Source: the human T2T-CHM13v2.0 reference genome, Homo sapiens. From it: a stretch of DNA of 64,000 nt. Below are positions 24,730 through 42,047 of this stretch, in pieces. The translations under genes were made by a program, and so were the position numbers. The notes beneath the pieces are model-generated. The model was not told the DNA's origin. It did no database searches and worked only from the letters and a program-made list of their open reading frames with translations. The DNA lies in NCBI RefSeq assembly GCF_009914755.1, contig NC_060947.1; one strand, written 5' to 3'. How positions within the stretch are numbered: position 1 is the first letter of the stretch; each line of letters starts with the position of its first letter.

Positions 24730-26576
24730 CTGGTACCAGTGAAGATCTTTCTTCTCCAAGATGAAAATAAAATTAAGTTACCCAAGTTGCAACCACAATC
24801 AGAAATCATGAAACTTCTCAACAGCAATAGTGGATGCTATGAGACAATGTTGCAAGGCATGCAGCTTCCTGTGAGAACAATATTTTTTTCTTCTAGAATT
24901 CCAAATCTGGCCAGACTTGTGAATCAGTATGAGGGAAGAAAAAAGGAAGAGTTTTTCATCTGCGAAAGGTTAGAAAGTTTTCATTCCAAAGCTCTTTTCT
25001 GAAAACAAGACAAAACAAAAAGTAAATACTTGATATATTCCAGATTAAGAGGAAATAAGTGGTAAAATTCAAAAAGCAGCTGGATTAATCCACTTGGATT
25101 AAGGTAGAACAGGAAATCACAGGGCTCCCAGAAGAATTTTGTCAGGGAGGAATTGCATATCTCTAGGCTAGAGGGGGATTCAAAAGTTTTTTTACGTAGA
25201 GATGAAAGCCTGTGCTTCTTCAACAAAAGGAAGATAATCTCTGGGAAAGAAAAAATTACTTGCTGTTCAAGAAGCAAACCAAAATGTGGTAGGTCTTTTT
25301 TGTTTTTTTATTTTTTCAATGATTAATCAAATGTAAGAAACAGTAATTCTAGAAAAAAACAAAACAAAACAGAATTCTTCCTTGGCCAGGCAATTCCCAA
25401 AGAAAGAAAAACCCCTTTGAATATATTAAATTCTCTTTGGATTAATAGCAGAGTTTCAATTAAAATAATTTCCTCGTGTTGGGTGTAGTGATTTCCCACT
25501 TTATTAGATATATTAAATTTTCTTAGAGGATCATCTTCAGCCTTTAAATATTTTCTTCTTTAAAAAAAGTTTAAAGAAATTTTTTTCTTCAACTTTAAAA
25601 TTTAAAGCTTTTAATTTTTTCTTCTTTTTTAAAAAAATTTTAACCGAGTGCTTGTTGGATTGTTTATTTAGATATCAATTCAGCCTTATAGTTTTAAAAT
25701 CAAAGATAAAAACTGTATTTTGCTTTTTGAAAATGCTAAGCTCATAAAACATTGTATAGTTTTAAAAACTCACTATTTTCAGAGTTTTAAACTTTTTTTC
25801 TTAACATAATTGTAGGCATTGTTGTTTTCCTTAGCAACATTGATTACTACATATCTCATTTTGTGATATTCAGTTTAGGTATTTTTCTTTCCATTCAATA
25901 ACATATATTTTCCTTTAAAATAAAAAAAAACAGCATTAACAGTTATAATTTCTGAATGAAGCAATGAGGGACAATTTTAATTTTCTTCTTATACTTTTTG
26001 ATTTCATGAATTTTGTCTATAATTTTTCAACTAGAAGAAAGCAATAATCAAAATTGCATCATGGAAGGTTTCCATTGTCTTAGAGAGGGAGAATTGAGTT
26101 TACCTCTGGGGCAGACTTTCATCTGGCATCTAACTTCCCATTGATGAAATGCAGGCTCCACGCCAAACGTGAGTCTATCTCCCTTATGTAAAAGGGATGC
26201 AATGAGAAGGGGTTTGGGGTGCAGGCTGGACTCTCATGACTTTGCAGGGACCTCAACCCTAATGATGTTGCCAACACCATAATCATTGCTGTTGCTCTTG
26301 GAGCTTCCATATTTATTTGCTAGATTTTCATGCACTTATTTCTGTGTCAAATTGTCTCCTGGCTTCACTGTTTCCTCTGCTAGACCATCAATGTTGTCTA
26401 CAGCTGTATTTCTGGTTTCATCTTTTAATGAGAAGACCATTGTTAAAGCAATGACCCATGGTGTATGATTTCCCAGTCTAGAGGCCTCTCCCAAGCTCAC
26501 TTTTCTTGAGGTCTCTCTCATGCAATGATCAATCATCACTGTCCTGTTTGTTCTTCTTGACAAATGATCACTCTTT

Positions 26577-26702
26577 GGCTGGGCATGGTGGCTCCTGCCT
26601 GTAACCTCAGTGTTTTGGGAGGCCGAGGTGGGAGGATTGCTTGAGGTCAGGAGTTTGAGACTAGCCTGGACAACGTAGTAAGACCCCATCTCTACCAAAA
26701 AT
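26577..26702 (+). mobile_element. FLAM/Alu left monomer
   Basis: Single left arm. Confidence 0.88.
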
Positions 26703-27202
26703 ATTCCCACCCTTTGTCATTCAGTCCAAGGGATGCTTTCTCTGTACTTATCTTCCAACAGCCACATCTCTGTCCTTGAATGAATTTAGACCTTCTGTTT
26801 TTATCTGACAGCACATTGTGGAGAGGCTAAACATCTTATCTAAATGCTGCAGACAATAAAAAGTCTAGAAATGAATTCAATGCTGCAGTCGGCATGATCA
26901 ATGTGGTTGTCACAGAGCTCACTATTGGATGTGCCTGTATCTGGTTCCAGACTATAGGGTCTGCACAAACAAAAATTATGTTTGGGATGATTTGGATTTC
27001 TTCCATCAGTTCTAGCTGAAACTGACGTAAAATATCAACCTAACAAATTCACACAATAAGGATGCACGTGATGAGAAGGTACTAGGCATGGACTGATGAG
27101 ACTCTGGCTCTTAATGTTAATTCTGCCTACATACTAGCTCCTCTGATGCTCTTTAGATAGAAACCAGATGTCCCAAGCAAGTCTGACAGTATCTGCAGGT
27201 GA

Positions 27203-27547
<345 letters not shown>

Positions 27548-27905
27548 TGATATGGTTTAGCTGTATCCCCAACCAAATCTCACCTTGAATTGTAATTATC
27601 TCCATGTGTTGTGAGAGGGACCTGGTGGGAGATGATTGAATCGTGGGGGCGGGTTTTTCCCCTCCTGTTCTCTTTAGAGTGAATAAGTCTCACGAGATCG
27701 GATGGTTTTATAAAAAAGCAGTTCCCCTGCACATGCCCTCTTGCCTGCCACCATGTAAGATATGTCTTGCTTCCCTTTCGCATTCTGCCGTGATTTTGAG
27801 GCCTCCCCAGCCATGTAGAGCTGTGAGTCCATTGAACCTCTTTCCTTTATAAATTACCCAGTCTCGGGTATGTATTTATTAGCCGCATGAGAACAGACTA
27901 ATAGA
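27548..27905 (+). mobile_element. THE1C/B-like solo LTR
   Basis: TSD GCACC at 27543-27547 and 27906-27910. Confidence 0.94.
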
Positions 27906-29423
27906 GCACCCCAGAAAATGTAACCTTATGTGTCTTTAGACAAAGTGGTGTTGTATGCCTGTGCTCAACCCACACGTGGCACAAGAAATGGAACCGCTCA
28001 TGGTTAGCTTTGATCGACCAGCATCTGATCAAAAGCCTCTCTTGGAATATATGACCTCAGAGAAGTAGAATGTTACCCCTCCAAATAAACTTGGACCCTG
28101 CCAGCAACAATTATGTAGAAACAGGATGTAGGTTGGTATCAGTGGCTCAGTAAGAGTTTCCCAAATGTATGTAGTATCGTATCCTCAAAATTATACTCAT
28201 GTACAATTACTTTGCTGAGGAGCTACAAGGACCAGAACACCCAAGCTTTTTCTAGGACACATACAGTTGACTGGGAAGAATCAACAGAGCTTCTTTTTTT
28301 TCCTTCTCTATTTAGAAATTCTTTGACCTATTTCCATTTTCTTTCTTGTGTAACCTGTTAATATTAGCCAGAACTTCTGTCAGGGCGCTTGCCTTGGGTA
28401 ATTTCGAAATACTGTGCATCCAACATCATGAAAATTGCAGTTCATATTAGCTTGAATAAATGTAGTCCACACAGAGAGGGAACGTTAGTGCTGGAATTCC
28501 TTTGAGTCCCATTTCCACAGTTCTTGGATCTTTAAATCCATTTGGTTTCAATGATAGTCACTATCTTTTGTCAGAACCGACGTTTAGGCAGCTAGCCCAG
28601 CTCTGAGGTCAGGCTTTGGTGCAAAGATAATGGGAGATGAAGATTCAAATTTCCTTTGTATGAAACATGAACCCTTTAGCAATGTCCTATGACTTTCTAT
28701 AGTGATTTCTATTTGGTCACATTTTGCATAGGCAAGAAGAATCTCTATACTTCATAGCAATATTATCTTTGGATAAGGATGGGGGCAGAGTTCATCTTTT
28801 CAAGGTTTGAAAGAAAATGATTTTCTGCTTCTAAGTGAAAATTCCTGCTGAGGTATAGGAATAGCCTTATCACACATAGTAATACAAAAACAGTACTTCA
28901 CGTGATCAGAAACCCCCCAAGTAATTCCATCTTTATTTGTGTCTCAATGCTTGAGATTAAATTATGCAATTATTTGGATATTTTGTGTTTAAAAATTGAA
29001 GGAAAAATTGGATTTTATTGTCAGTAAAGCTTGTTAGTCTACAATGTTAATTGATACGTATTGAAATCTCAGTTATATGTTACATATGTGGTCATATGTG
29101 GTACATGTTAGAGACCATAAAAATACAATCTGAATGTTTAAAAAAAGAAAGCTGCAATATATTTTAATTCTGGGAGGCTGTGGGTTATGTTTTATAACTC
29201 TCCCAAATTAATCAGGGTCCACATTGACTAAATACTTGTGGGTTAATTATTTCCTTATATCCTTATTATTGTTTTTACAGGCATATTTTCTGCTTTCATG
29301 TGATTTCTTTATAACTCCTGATAAAATTAAGCACAAGATAAATCCTCGATGTAATGACTAGGAGTTCAATGGAGTACAATAATTAATACCTGTGTCCTTA
29401 TACCTTATAGGGTGTCCTATTTC

Positions 29424-29735
<312 letters not shown>

Positions 29736-30780
29736 TAAGCTTAGTTCTTTTTTCATCTCAGGTGGGAATATTGTATAACATTTATCCTCATTAGTTCTTA
29801 AGTTTGAATTAAGTTTGAATAAATTTAAATACATACGTGTCTATACTACCTAGTTTAGTGAGTTGAACATTGACAGCCTGTTTTCTTGACTGTAACATCC
29901 TGATTATTGAAGGAGGAGAACTATATTATCATATATAAACCTATATCTCAGGCTCTGCGATTTTCCCCTCTCTTATTTGCAGTAGAAATAAGTATAGGAA
30001 AATCAGAGATCGTGACATATTGACATTTCTGTGGGCTCCACTGTGGGTGAGCATTGTTGAATGCGTTGGAATAAGTGGCTTGACTTTTCCATCATCCACC
30101 CAGGGTGATGAGAAACATGTGCTATTTGGAGGATGCATGTGGCATGACCGAGGCTCAGAACCGCCATAGGGCTGGTGATGATTGGTTGGTTGTCGTCTTT
30201 TGTTTTGTGCTCTTCCCCTGAGAAAAACAGAGGGCAATTGAGGCTCTCCACTTCTAAGTTCTCATTTAATGGTACTTCTCTTTGAATTACTCTTCTAAAA
30301 TGTCAGGTTTATGGAGCCAAGGCAACAATATTTTAGGATCCTTCTGTCTCTGGAAAAGAAATTAATTTTTGATCTGAAATGAAAGCACTGAGTATTTAAA
30401 GTCAGGAGAAAAGAAAATGTGAAGTGACTCATGTCCCCTGGGCATTGGTAACAGTCCACCCTTGGTTTCTTTCCTAGCAATATGGTGGCCATATTTTCCC
30501 AACCAAGCTCAACCCACACACCAAGGGCCTGGGAGGGTATGGGAGAAAGACAGATGTTAAAGCCAGGAAAACTCACATTGGAGGTGTTGTCCTGGAACTC
30601 ATCTTTTATTTCTATGCCATTTGCTTTCCAGTTACCCTTTAAACCTGCATCTCCTCATCTATAGAGTAAGATTTGTTATATGTGCTTGCTACTTTTTGTT
30701 GTATGTCTGATGTGACTTAGGATTCAATAAATGCACGTCTTCATTCCTTTCTCTTCCTATTCCATCTTTCTCTTCTTTGA

Positions 30781-31156
<376 letters not shown>

Positions 31157-31589
31157 TGAGAGAATATTTTAAATAGGGATTGATCTAAAACGTTTTAGTT
31201 ATGTGGCCCTCAAATTAGCAGCTACTCTGTCTCCTTGGCAGGAAGGAGTTTGGGAGAAGTCTTTTGGGTTCCTCACCATCACCATATAGACCCCTGCCCT
31301 TGGGCTAGAAAACATTTATGAACTGATTTTTTATAAACCTAGGTAGGTTGCATATTATATTTGAGGATAGAGCCATGCTTATAACTGGACCCAAAGAGTT
31401 TAGCAATAAGCAAATGTGCTTCTATAGAGTGAAAATCTCAACTCAGGCAGGAAATGTTCTCCACATCATAGTCATAAATAGCAATAAGAAATTGGCCCTC
31501 CATCTGCTGTACAGGTAGGGGGAGCATTGTTAAAAATTACCAGCTATGCTTATCACATAGTCCTCACCTAATAGAAACAGAGAGATTTG

Positions 31590-32247
<658 letters not shown>

Positions 32248-33289
32248 TTATTTTGTTAGTAGCCTTCTATTAATTTCTTAAAGGGCACACACGCACACAA
32301 AAGATTGAAGAAGGTTAATGCTAGATCCATTATTTTAAGTGATTTAATCTATTCCTTTTTTTCTCTCCAGACCGTCTCACTATTTTCCTTCTGAAAGCAT
32401 CACTAGTGAATTCAGTCACAGGTACGATGCCATCGAAAACAACGCATGCAATTCATGCAAAATAAATTGGGAAAGCCAGGTGGGGAAGTGTTTGTTGTTC
32501 CTGCCAGCTTATTTTTCCCACTGTTTCCAGAAGGAAAATGAAAGACGGGGTGAGGTGTTGCCCAAGGCACATCCCGTGTCCTGGCTTCATTCTGTTCATT
32601 ACCACCCACCTGGTCCCCCTTAGCCAGCCCACAGTCTCCTGGCCACACAAGCTTCATCCAAACCACCCTCTGTCAGCTGTTGCCCTTGTCACAGCCGTGC
32701 TGCTCTTCCTGTTTCCCCAACACCTAGCCAGGGCCCACTTGTCATTGCCACTGTTTCTCTCTGGTGCTCCTGGTCTCCGACACGACCTCAGATGCCCTTT
32801 GCCACGGAGGAGGAAGGATGCCTTGCCCAAGCGTACAAGACGTGAAACAGCTTCACCGCTATGTCCTCTCCATTTCTGGGCTCCTTTTCTATCTTATGTT
32901 TGCCCCCTACTCACAGCCCTTCCCCATTAAGAACCAACCTCCAACCGCATGCCAGTTGCAACATTTCTGATGATGAAGTGTCACCGAAGTGGGCCTGATT
33001 GAAGAAGGTAAGGAATTGGCACATGGAATAAGAATTTCAAGTGTTCATAACAAGAAGGGGAGGGTTTTTTTTTCTTTTCTTTTTTGCAAAGAATTAATAA
33101 TGAAATGGTGGGATGCCTCTAACTACACACTTTGGCCTCACCCTGCATTAACTCCTGAACTCCCAGCTATGTGCCTGCCTTCTCCTTGTACTAGAGCCTA
33201 TGAACACTTCATAAGGAAGAAAAAATCAGAGCATCCTTAGCCATGCTGAGAAACAGCAATGTTCCAAGCTTTCCTAAATAGGCACATAG

Positions 33290-33520
33290 ATATGAGATAT
33301 CTATATCTATCTCTATGTCTATCTAGCTATATATCTACTTATCTGTCTATCAATTTATCAACTATCATTTTATTCGATCACCTATTTACCCATCTATCTT
33401 CTATGTATCCCATCTATCTATCCATCTATCCTATATATGTACCTATCCATCTATATCTATGTATCTCATCTATCTATCCATATATTATATCTATGTATGT
33501 ATCCATCTACTCTTTCTATC

Positions 33521-33564
<44 letters not shown>

Positions 33565-33720
33565 GATTCGTCCTTCCATCTGTCCATCCATTCATCTATC
33601 TCTCTTCTATCCATCTATTATCTATCCAATCATCTATTAACTATCTCATCTATCTATCTAATCATCTACCTATAATCTATTGACTCACCTATTATCCTTC
33701 TCACCTATCTATCTATAATC
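33290..33720. repeat. Complex (TCTA/TCCA)n tract with a perfect (ATCT)11 core at 33521-33564
   Basis: Direct inspection. Confidence 0.96.
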
Positions 33721-34534
33721 AATATGCCATTCCTAGAAAGTTTCAAAGGGACAATTTGGAAATTTGCAAGTGTTCTCTCCACTAACCGGAGAAGTCAGAA
33801 TGGGATGAAACCTTCCTTTGTGGCAACTAATGAGCTGCCTGACTTCTTGGAAGGAAAATGCGGGTGGTAAAATTTATTGTGGCTCAGGCATAGTGCATAA
33901 GCCATCGCTCAAGAAAGAACGACATTTTTCTGGACCACACAGCCTCATGTCAAATGCAATTCTGTTTTCCAATAATCAGCATTTGTAATAAGCATCTGGT
34001 GAACTAAACTCCACCTCAGAGCCTGCTTTGAAGAGAACTCAACCACTCCCAAGTCCAATCTGCCTCTCCCACAGTCCACCTCACACACTGCTTTCTCTCC
34101 TGCTACCCCATAACTGGAGTCTCTCGTGTCTCCCTACATTCTGATTTGCCATATGGGAACTGCTGCATCTGGGTTACAAATTCTCCCATTCCTTCTGCTG
34201 TCCCCAACTTAAAGCAAGCCATTTCCCCAGTCATCTATGACACCTTGTTCATAACCAGCTCTGAATTCCAAAGTCATGTATTCAGTTGTAACTCATGCAC
34301 ATCTTCTCTCTTTGCTCCCAGATATTCTCTCTCTTCTTTTCTAAATTTCTCTTTTAAAATCCAGTTTAAATCCCTTTAGAGTTTTCCTCTCTAAAGCATC
34401 CCAGAGTAAGCTAGTATCTGTACCACATCAGCTCTGAAGCCATATAATAAAGTATAGAAAATGAATCAATGCTTACATTTTTCTTATTTTTCTTAAAATA
34501 TGTATTTTATTATTAGTTTATATGGCTATCTTTA

Positions 34535-34823
<289 letters not shown>

Positions 34824-35552
34824 TTATATTTTTATTATTAAATGCAATAGAAATATAGATAAATACGATGTGGGCTAGGGTTAGTGAATTATTAGAAGGC
34901 AGACACAATGAAAGAAATAGAACTTGACCAGCTCTCGTGAAGGCCCTTCATGTGTCCATCCCAATCAATTTCAGAACGTAAATAGGAAGCTGGTAGTATT
35001 ATGGTAAATGCAAATCCAACTGCAAATGCATGTGGACGTTTCCTGGTGAAGTGCATCAGATATTTTGGCAAGTTTTTCTAAAGGCCATGCCCTCCGTTCT
35101 CTCTAAAGGTGATTTGAAGCTGACAGCTTTCTTGATACATAACAATCCTTTCTAAAGTTTTACACGAGCAGACATTTTACATGGTTTTCATTTTTTCCAG
35201 CCATTATTTTCTTAGCTTGAAGGTGTCTAAGTAGATGAGAAACTTCAAATACCTTATATTTCCACATGTTTATCCTAAAAAAATTAATCAAAGTCTTATT
35301 AATAAAATGTATTGTTTTAGAGAAATATTCAACTCACACTGTCATACTGAGCATTGAACTGGAATAAACAGAGTGGAAATAGAAGGACAATTTTCTGGGT
35401 ACTCTGTGATTTGGGCAGAATTTCTTCAACAGAATTAGACTTCACAAGATGCATACATATAACGGAATAAAAGGTTGCAAGAATGCTATAGCTATTTACC
35501 TTTGTAAAAAATAGTTCGTTCTATTTAATTAACTTATTTATCTATTTAATTT

Positions 35553-36258
35553 TCTTTTTAAGAGACAGGGTCTTGCTCTGTCATCCAGGCTGGAGTGCAG
35601 TGGCACAACCATAGCTCACTGTAGCCTTGAACTCCTGGGCTCAAGCAATCCTCCTGCTTCAGCCTTCTGAGTAGCTGGGGCTACAAGTGTGATCTAGTTT
35701 GGATGTGTGTTCCTGCCCAAATCTCATGCTGAACTGTAATTCCCAGTGTTGGAGGTGGAGCCTGGTGGGAGGTGATTGGATCATAGGGGTGGTTTCTCAT
35801 GAACGGGTTACCACCATCCCCTTGGTGCTGTTTGTGTTATGGTGAGTTCTCACGAGATCTGGTTGTTTGAAAGTGTGTAGCACCTCCCACCCCGCTCTTG
35901 CTCCTGCTTCTGTCATTTGAGACGCCTGCTTCCCCTTTCCTTCCGCCATGATTGTAAGTTTCCTGAGGCCTCCCCAGAAGCAGAAGCCACTATGCTGCCT
36001 GTACAGCCTGCAGAACCGTAAACCAATTAAACCTCTTTTCTTAGAAATTATCCAGTCTCAGGTATTTCTTTATAGCAATGTGAGAATGGGCCAATACAAA
36101 ACTTGTGCCACCATGCCTGGCTATTTTTTTAAAATTTTTTTGTAGAGATTAGGTCTTGCCATGTTAACCCTGCTGGCCTTGAACTTCTGGCTTCGCACGG
36201 TTCTCCTGCCTTGGCCTCCCAGAGTGCTAGGATTACAGGCATGAATCACTATGCCCAG
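35553..36258 (-). mobile_element. AluJ split by an MSTA-like LTR
   Basis: Alu stops at GCTACAAGTG (35689) and resumes TGTGCCACCATGCCTGG (about 36104). Confidence 0.9.
35690..36098 (+). mobile_element. MSTA-like solo LTR
   Basis: TGATCTAGTTTGGATG..CCAGAAGCAGAAGCC..GTACAGCCTGCAGAACC..CCAATACA; TSD degenerate. Confidence 0.9.
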
Positions 36259-36635
36259 CATTTGTTCTATTTTAAATGCAGTATTTGCCATATACAAAAT
36301 ATGAAGTATGTCAGGCATAATAATATAATGAACTGTAAAATACCTATTGTTCAACATAATAATTACATTAGTAATAATATCTTGTATTTATCTGTTTTTT
36401 CCCTGTTTCATCCCCTATTTTGTTTCTACCTGGCATTCACCACTATTCTGAATTTAGATTTTATCATTTCCTTGTTTTATAAATTGTGTTACTATATATT
36501 CTAATAAGTCTAAACTGTAAGTGCGTGTGTATTCATGTAGATACATATATTTGATCTTAAATTGGACATACATCTACACTGTTAATAGGTAATATAGAAT
36601 TTGCTTGATTTGACACTTAAAAAAATGGTATCATA

Positions 36636-37363
36636 GAACTACCATTCCACCCAGCAATCCCAGTACTGGGTATTTTCCCAAAGGGAAAGAAATCATCATA
36701 TCAAAAAGACACTGGGCACTCACATGTTTATTACAGCATATTCACAATAGGAAAGATATAGAATCAACTTTAGTGTGCATCAATGCATGAATGGATAAAG
36801 AAAATGTGATATATATTTTATATATATATATATGTACACACAATGGAATACTACTCAGTCAAAAAAAAAGAAGAAAATAATTTCTTTTACAGCAACACAG
36901 ATGGAACTAGACGCCATCTGTGTATCTTGGGTGAAACAACACAGAAACAGAAAGCCAAATACTGCATGTTTTCACTTATAAGTGGGAGCCAAATAATGTG
37001 TGCACATGGACAGAGTGTGGAATAATAGTCATTGGAGACTTGGAAGGGTGGGAGGGGAGTGAGGGATGAGAACTCGCTTAATGGGTAGAATGTAAGTAAT
37101 TAGGGTGATGGTTACACTAAAAGCCAATACTTTATCACTATGCAATATGTCCATGTAACAAAATTTTACTTGTACCCCTTAAATTTATACAAAAAACCAT
37201 GCTGGGCTTAATATCTAGGTGACGGGTTGATAGGTGCAGCAAACCACTATGGCACCCATTTACCTATGTAACAAACCTGCACATCCCTGCACATGTACCC
37301 CAGAACTTAAAATAAAATAAAATGAAATAATAAATTATACAAAAAACCAAAACAGAAAACAAC
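36636..37363 (+). mobile_element. L1MA/PB 3' end with an L1PA 3' tip (37200-37331) nested in its tail
   Basis: Outer TSD AAAAAT(G/A)GTATCATA at 36621-36635 and 37364-37378; inner TSD TTATACAAAAAACCA flanks the L1PA tip. Confidence 0.88.
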
Positions 37364-37379
37364 AAAAATAGTATCATAC

Positions 37380-38700
<1,321 letters not shown>

Positions 38701-38829
38701 TTATATTATAGCACACGTTGACTCTAATGCTTCCAACAGGGAGTCTCTGTGCTCCTTTGCTTGGAGTCTTTATCTGACCCGGGGAGCCCGATAGTTGGAC
38801 ATGTGTCAGTCAAGCCATAGTGCTGAGAA

Positions 38830-39774
38830 TCTAGGAGATCCCACAAAGAACCGCCCTCAGCTGAGGACTGATGAATGTTGAAGGGCAAGTACTCTCACTC
38901 ACCTATCCCACAGCTGGAAAGAGTATTCTACTCTTTCCAAAGCTTGCAGCACTCTGCATCCTGATCTCTTCTTATGAGATGTCTTAGTCCATTTCAGGCT
39001 GTTATCACAGACTACCATAGACTGGATGGCTTGTAAACAACAGACATTGATTCTCTCAGGGTCACGGAAGCTAGAAGTCTGAGATTAAGGTGTGGGCAGG
39101 GCTGCTTCCTCCTGAGGCTTCCCTGCTTGGCTTGTAGATTGTAAACACTGTCTTCTCCCTGTGTCCTAATGTGGTTGTTCCTCTGTGTGTGTGCAGAGGG
39201 AGAACTCTGAAATGGTTTCCTCTTCTTATAAAGATTAAGACCCCTCTCACGATTTTACCTAAACCCAATCATCCCCTTAAAGGCTCTGTCTTCACATAAT
39301 CTCACATGGGGGTTTTGGGCTTAAACCCATGAATTTGGGGCAAAAGGGCACAGTTCAATTCATAGTAATTATTCAACCAAAGTAGATGATTGGCTTCTGG
39401 TGGGAAAGAGGGAATAAAAATGGAGAGAGTATTATATTAGAGAAAGAGAGATGAGAGCTTCATGTAAAATTTTTGAGAAATAGGGGAGCCTGGGAATGGA
39501 TGATTTGGAGAGTCGAGATGATGCAATATTATATAATCTTTGTGCTGAGAGTGCAGGACCGTGGCTAGGTGGTTTGAAATACTCAAGACGAAGTTTGAAA
39601 TTGGAGCTTACTTCAGCCGGGGTCTTCACCCTGGTTATCCATGGTGGTCACCTGCTTGGTAAACATCCCATTCAAGGACTTTCTCCACTCTCTAGCTCAT
39701 TATTCCACTTTCTGTTGGTGCTTCCTGGCTCGCCACCCAGATAAACTCCTTAATAGAATCTTTGTATCAGGATT

Positions 39775-39775
<1 letters not shown>
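38830..39775 (+). mobile_element. LTR16-like (ERVL) LTR split by a duplicated segment
   Basis: GCCCTCAGCTGAGGACTGATG on the left; GGTGGTCACCTGCTTGGTAA..CCCAGATAAACT..TTGTATCAGG on the right; continuous with the recalled LTR16 consensus. Confidence 0.5.
38953..39612. repeat. Direct duplicate of about 41268-41934
   Basis: Colinear match through MLT1 sequence and about 250 bp of unique flank; both copies end at TTGGAGCTTACT. Confidence 0.95.
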
Positions 39776-40201
<426 letters not shown>

Positions 40202-40828
40202 ACTTTGAACAGCCCTGGACACGAGATACACATTAAATGACTGAGAAACTAAAACCCTATTTTAGATAGCGTGTTTCTGTTGCTGTAGAATGAGTCACCT
40301 CATCTATCAAGACCAAGCCATGAATGCACTTGAGTTACATTTTTTAATATTTTCATGGACTCCTAAAAATCTCCAGTGTTCTTAGATCTCAATTCCAAGA
40401 AGAGCCGGCTTGTAGACTCGCAGCTGAGAGGCAGGCTATGGTGAACTCAGACCTGGAGAAGATGGAAGGAGTCCAGGGAGAAATGGAAAATGATGAAAGC
40501 TTTGGCAAAAGGGTGGTAAATTGTTCAAAGAATGTTTAAAGAAAAAAAAATGAACAGCAACAACAACTTTAGAAGGAAATGGAACTGATTAAAAGAGTCA
40601 TTTTTATTCCACTTCTGCACCATGGAATGGAGTCACGCATAACTTGCATATAATTGAACATTAAAAAAAATTCTGTAGCTCAATCAACTTCTCTTGGCAG
40701 TGAGCCCATAGAAAACTCAGAAGAATCTTTTCAGAACTATTTATGAGCTGTGCTACAGTTGATGAAGGTCTGGTTGAGGATGGTGACAGAGGAGAGGAAC
40801 GGTATTGGCCACAGGCTTAAAGAACAGC

Positions 40829-41690
40829 ATATCCATCCACTAAGGCTGTCGTAACAAAGTCCCACAGAGCTGGTGGCTCAAACAACAGACATTGATTCTC
40901 CCACAGTCCTTGAAGCTGGAAGTCCAAGATCAAGGTGTGGGCAGGGGTGGTTCCTCCTGAGGCCTCTCTTCTGGGCTTGTAGATGCCGTCTTCTCCTTGT
41001 GTCCTCACAGGGTCATCTCTCTGTGTGTGTCTGTGTCCTCATCTTCTCTTCTTATGAGATATCTTAGTTCATTTCAGGCTGCTACAAGAGACTACCATAG
41101 ACTGGGTGGCTTATAAACAACAGACATTGATTCTCCCACAATCCTTGAAGCTGAACGTCCAAGATCAAAGTGTGGGCAGGGCTGGTTCCTCCCGAGGCCT
41201 CTCCCCTTGGCTTGGAGAAGCTACCTTCTCCCTGTGTCCTCACAGGGTTGTCCCTCTGTGTGTGTCTGTGTCCTCATCTCCTCTTCTTATGAGGTGTCTT
41301 AGTCCATTTCAGGCTGCTATCACAGAATACCATAGACTGGGAGGCTTAAACAACAGACATTTACTCTCCCACAATACAGGAAGCTGGACGTCTGAGATCA
41401 AGGTGTGGGCAGGGCTGGTTCTTCCTGTGGCCTCTCTCGTTGGCTTGTAGATGTCACCTTCTCTCTGTGTCTTCACATGTTTGTCCCTCTGTGTGTGTGC
41501 AGGGGGAGAACTCTGAAATCTTTTCCTCTTCTTATAAATTTGCCAGGCGTATCAGATTAAGACCCCTCCCTTATGATTTTACCTAAACCCAATCACCTCC
41601 CTGAAGGCTCTGTCTTCACATAATCTCACGTGAGGATTTATGGCTTAAACCCATGAATTTGGAGCAAAAGGGCATAATTCAGTTCATAAT
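40829..41690 (-). repeat. Tandem array of three MLT1-derived units (period about 235 bp), STIR-like
   Basis: AAACAACAGACATT..CTCCCACA..GTGTGGGCAGGG..GGTTC in all three units; junction CTTATGAG at 41051 and 41286. Confidence 0.9.
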
Positions 41691-42047
41691 AATTATTCAA
41701 CCAAAGTAGCTGATTGGCTTCTGATGGGCAAGAGGGAATAAAATGGAGAGATTATTATATTAGAGAAAGAGATATGAGAGCTTCATGTAAAATTTTTGAG
41801 AAATAGGAGAGCCTGGGAATGCATAATTTGGAGAGTCGAGATGATGCAATATCATAGGTTCTTTGTGTTGAGCGTGCAGGACAGTCGCTAGGTGGTTTGA
41901 AAACTCAAGAGGAAGTTTGAAATTGGAGCTTACTGTGGAATTCACAAAGATGGTAGTCAAAAACATGGGAAATATTAATGATACAGCAGCATTTTTCCCA
42001 GGCTGTTCTGCAAGGGACTGGTTCTTCAAGATATTAAAAAGGGCTCT

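Noticed and set aside
32538-32930. 130-aa ORF
   Set aside because: No recognisable homology; kept only as part of a candidate non-coding island.
33259-33675. 138-aa Y/L/S/I-rich ORF
   Set aside because: Translation of the (TCTA)n tract.
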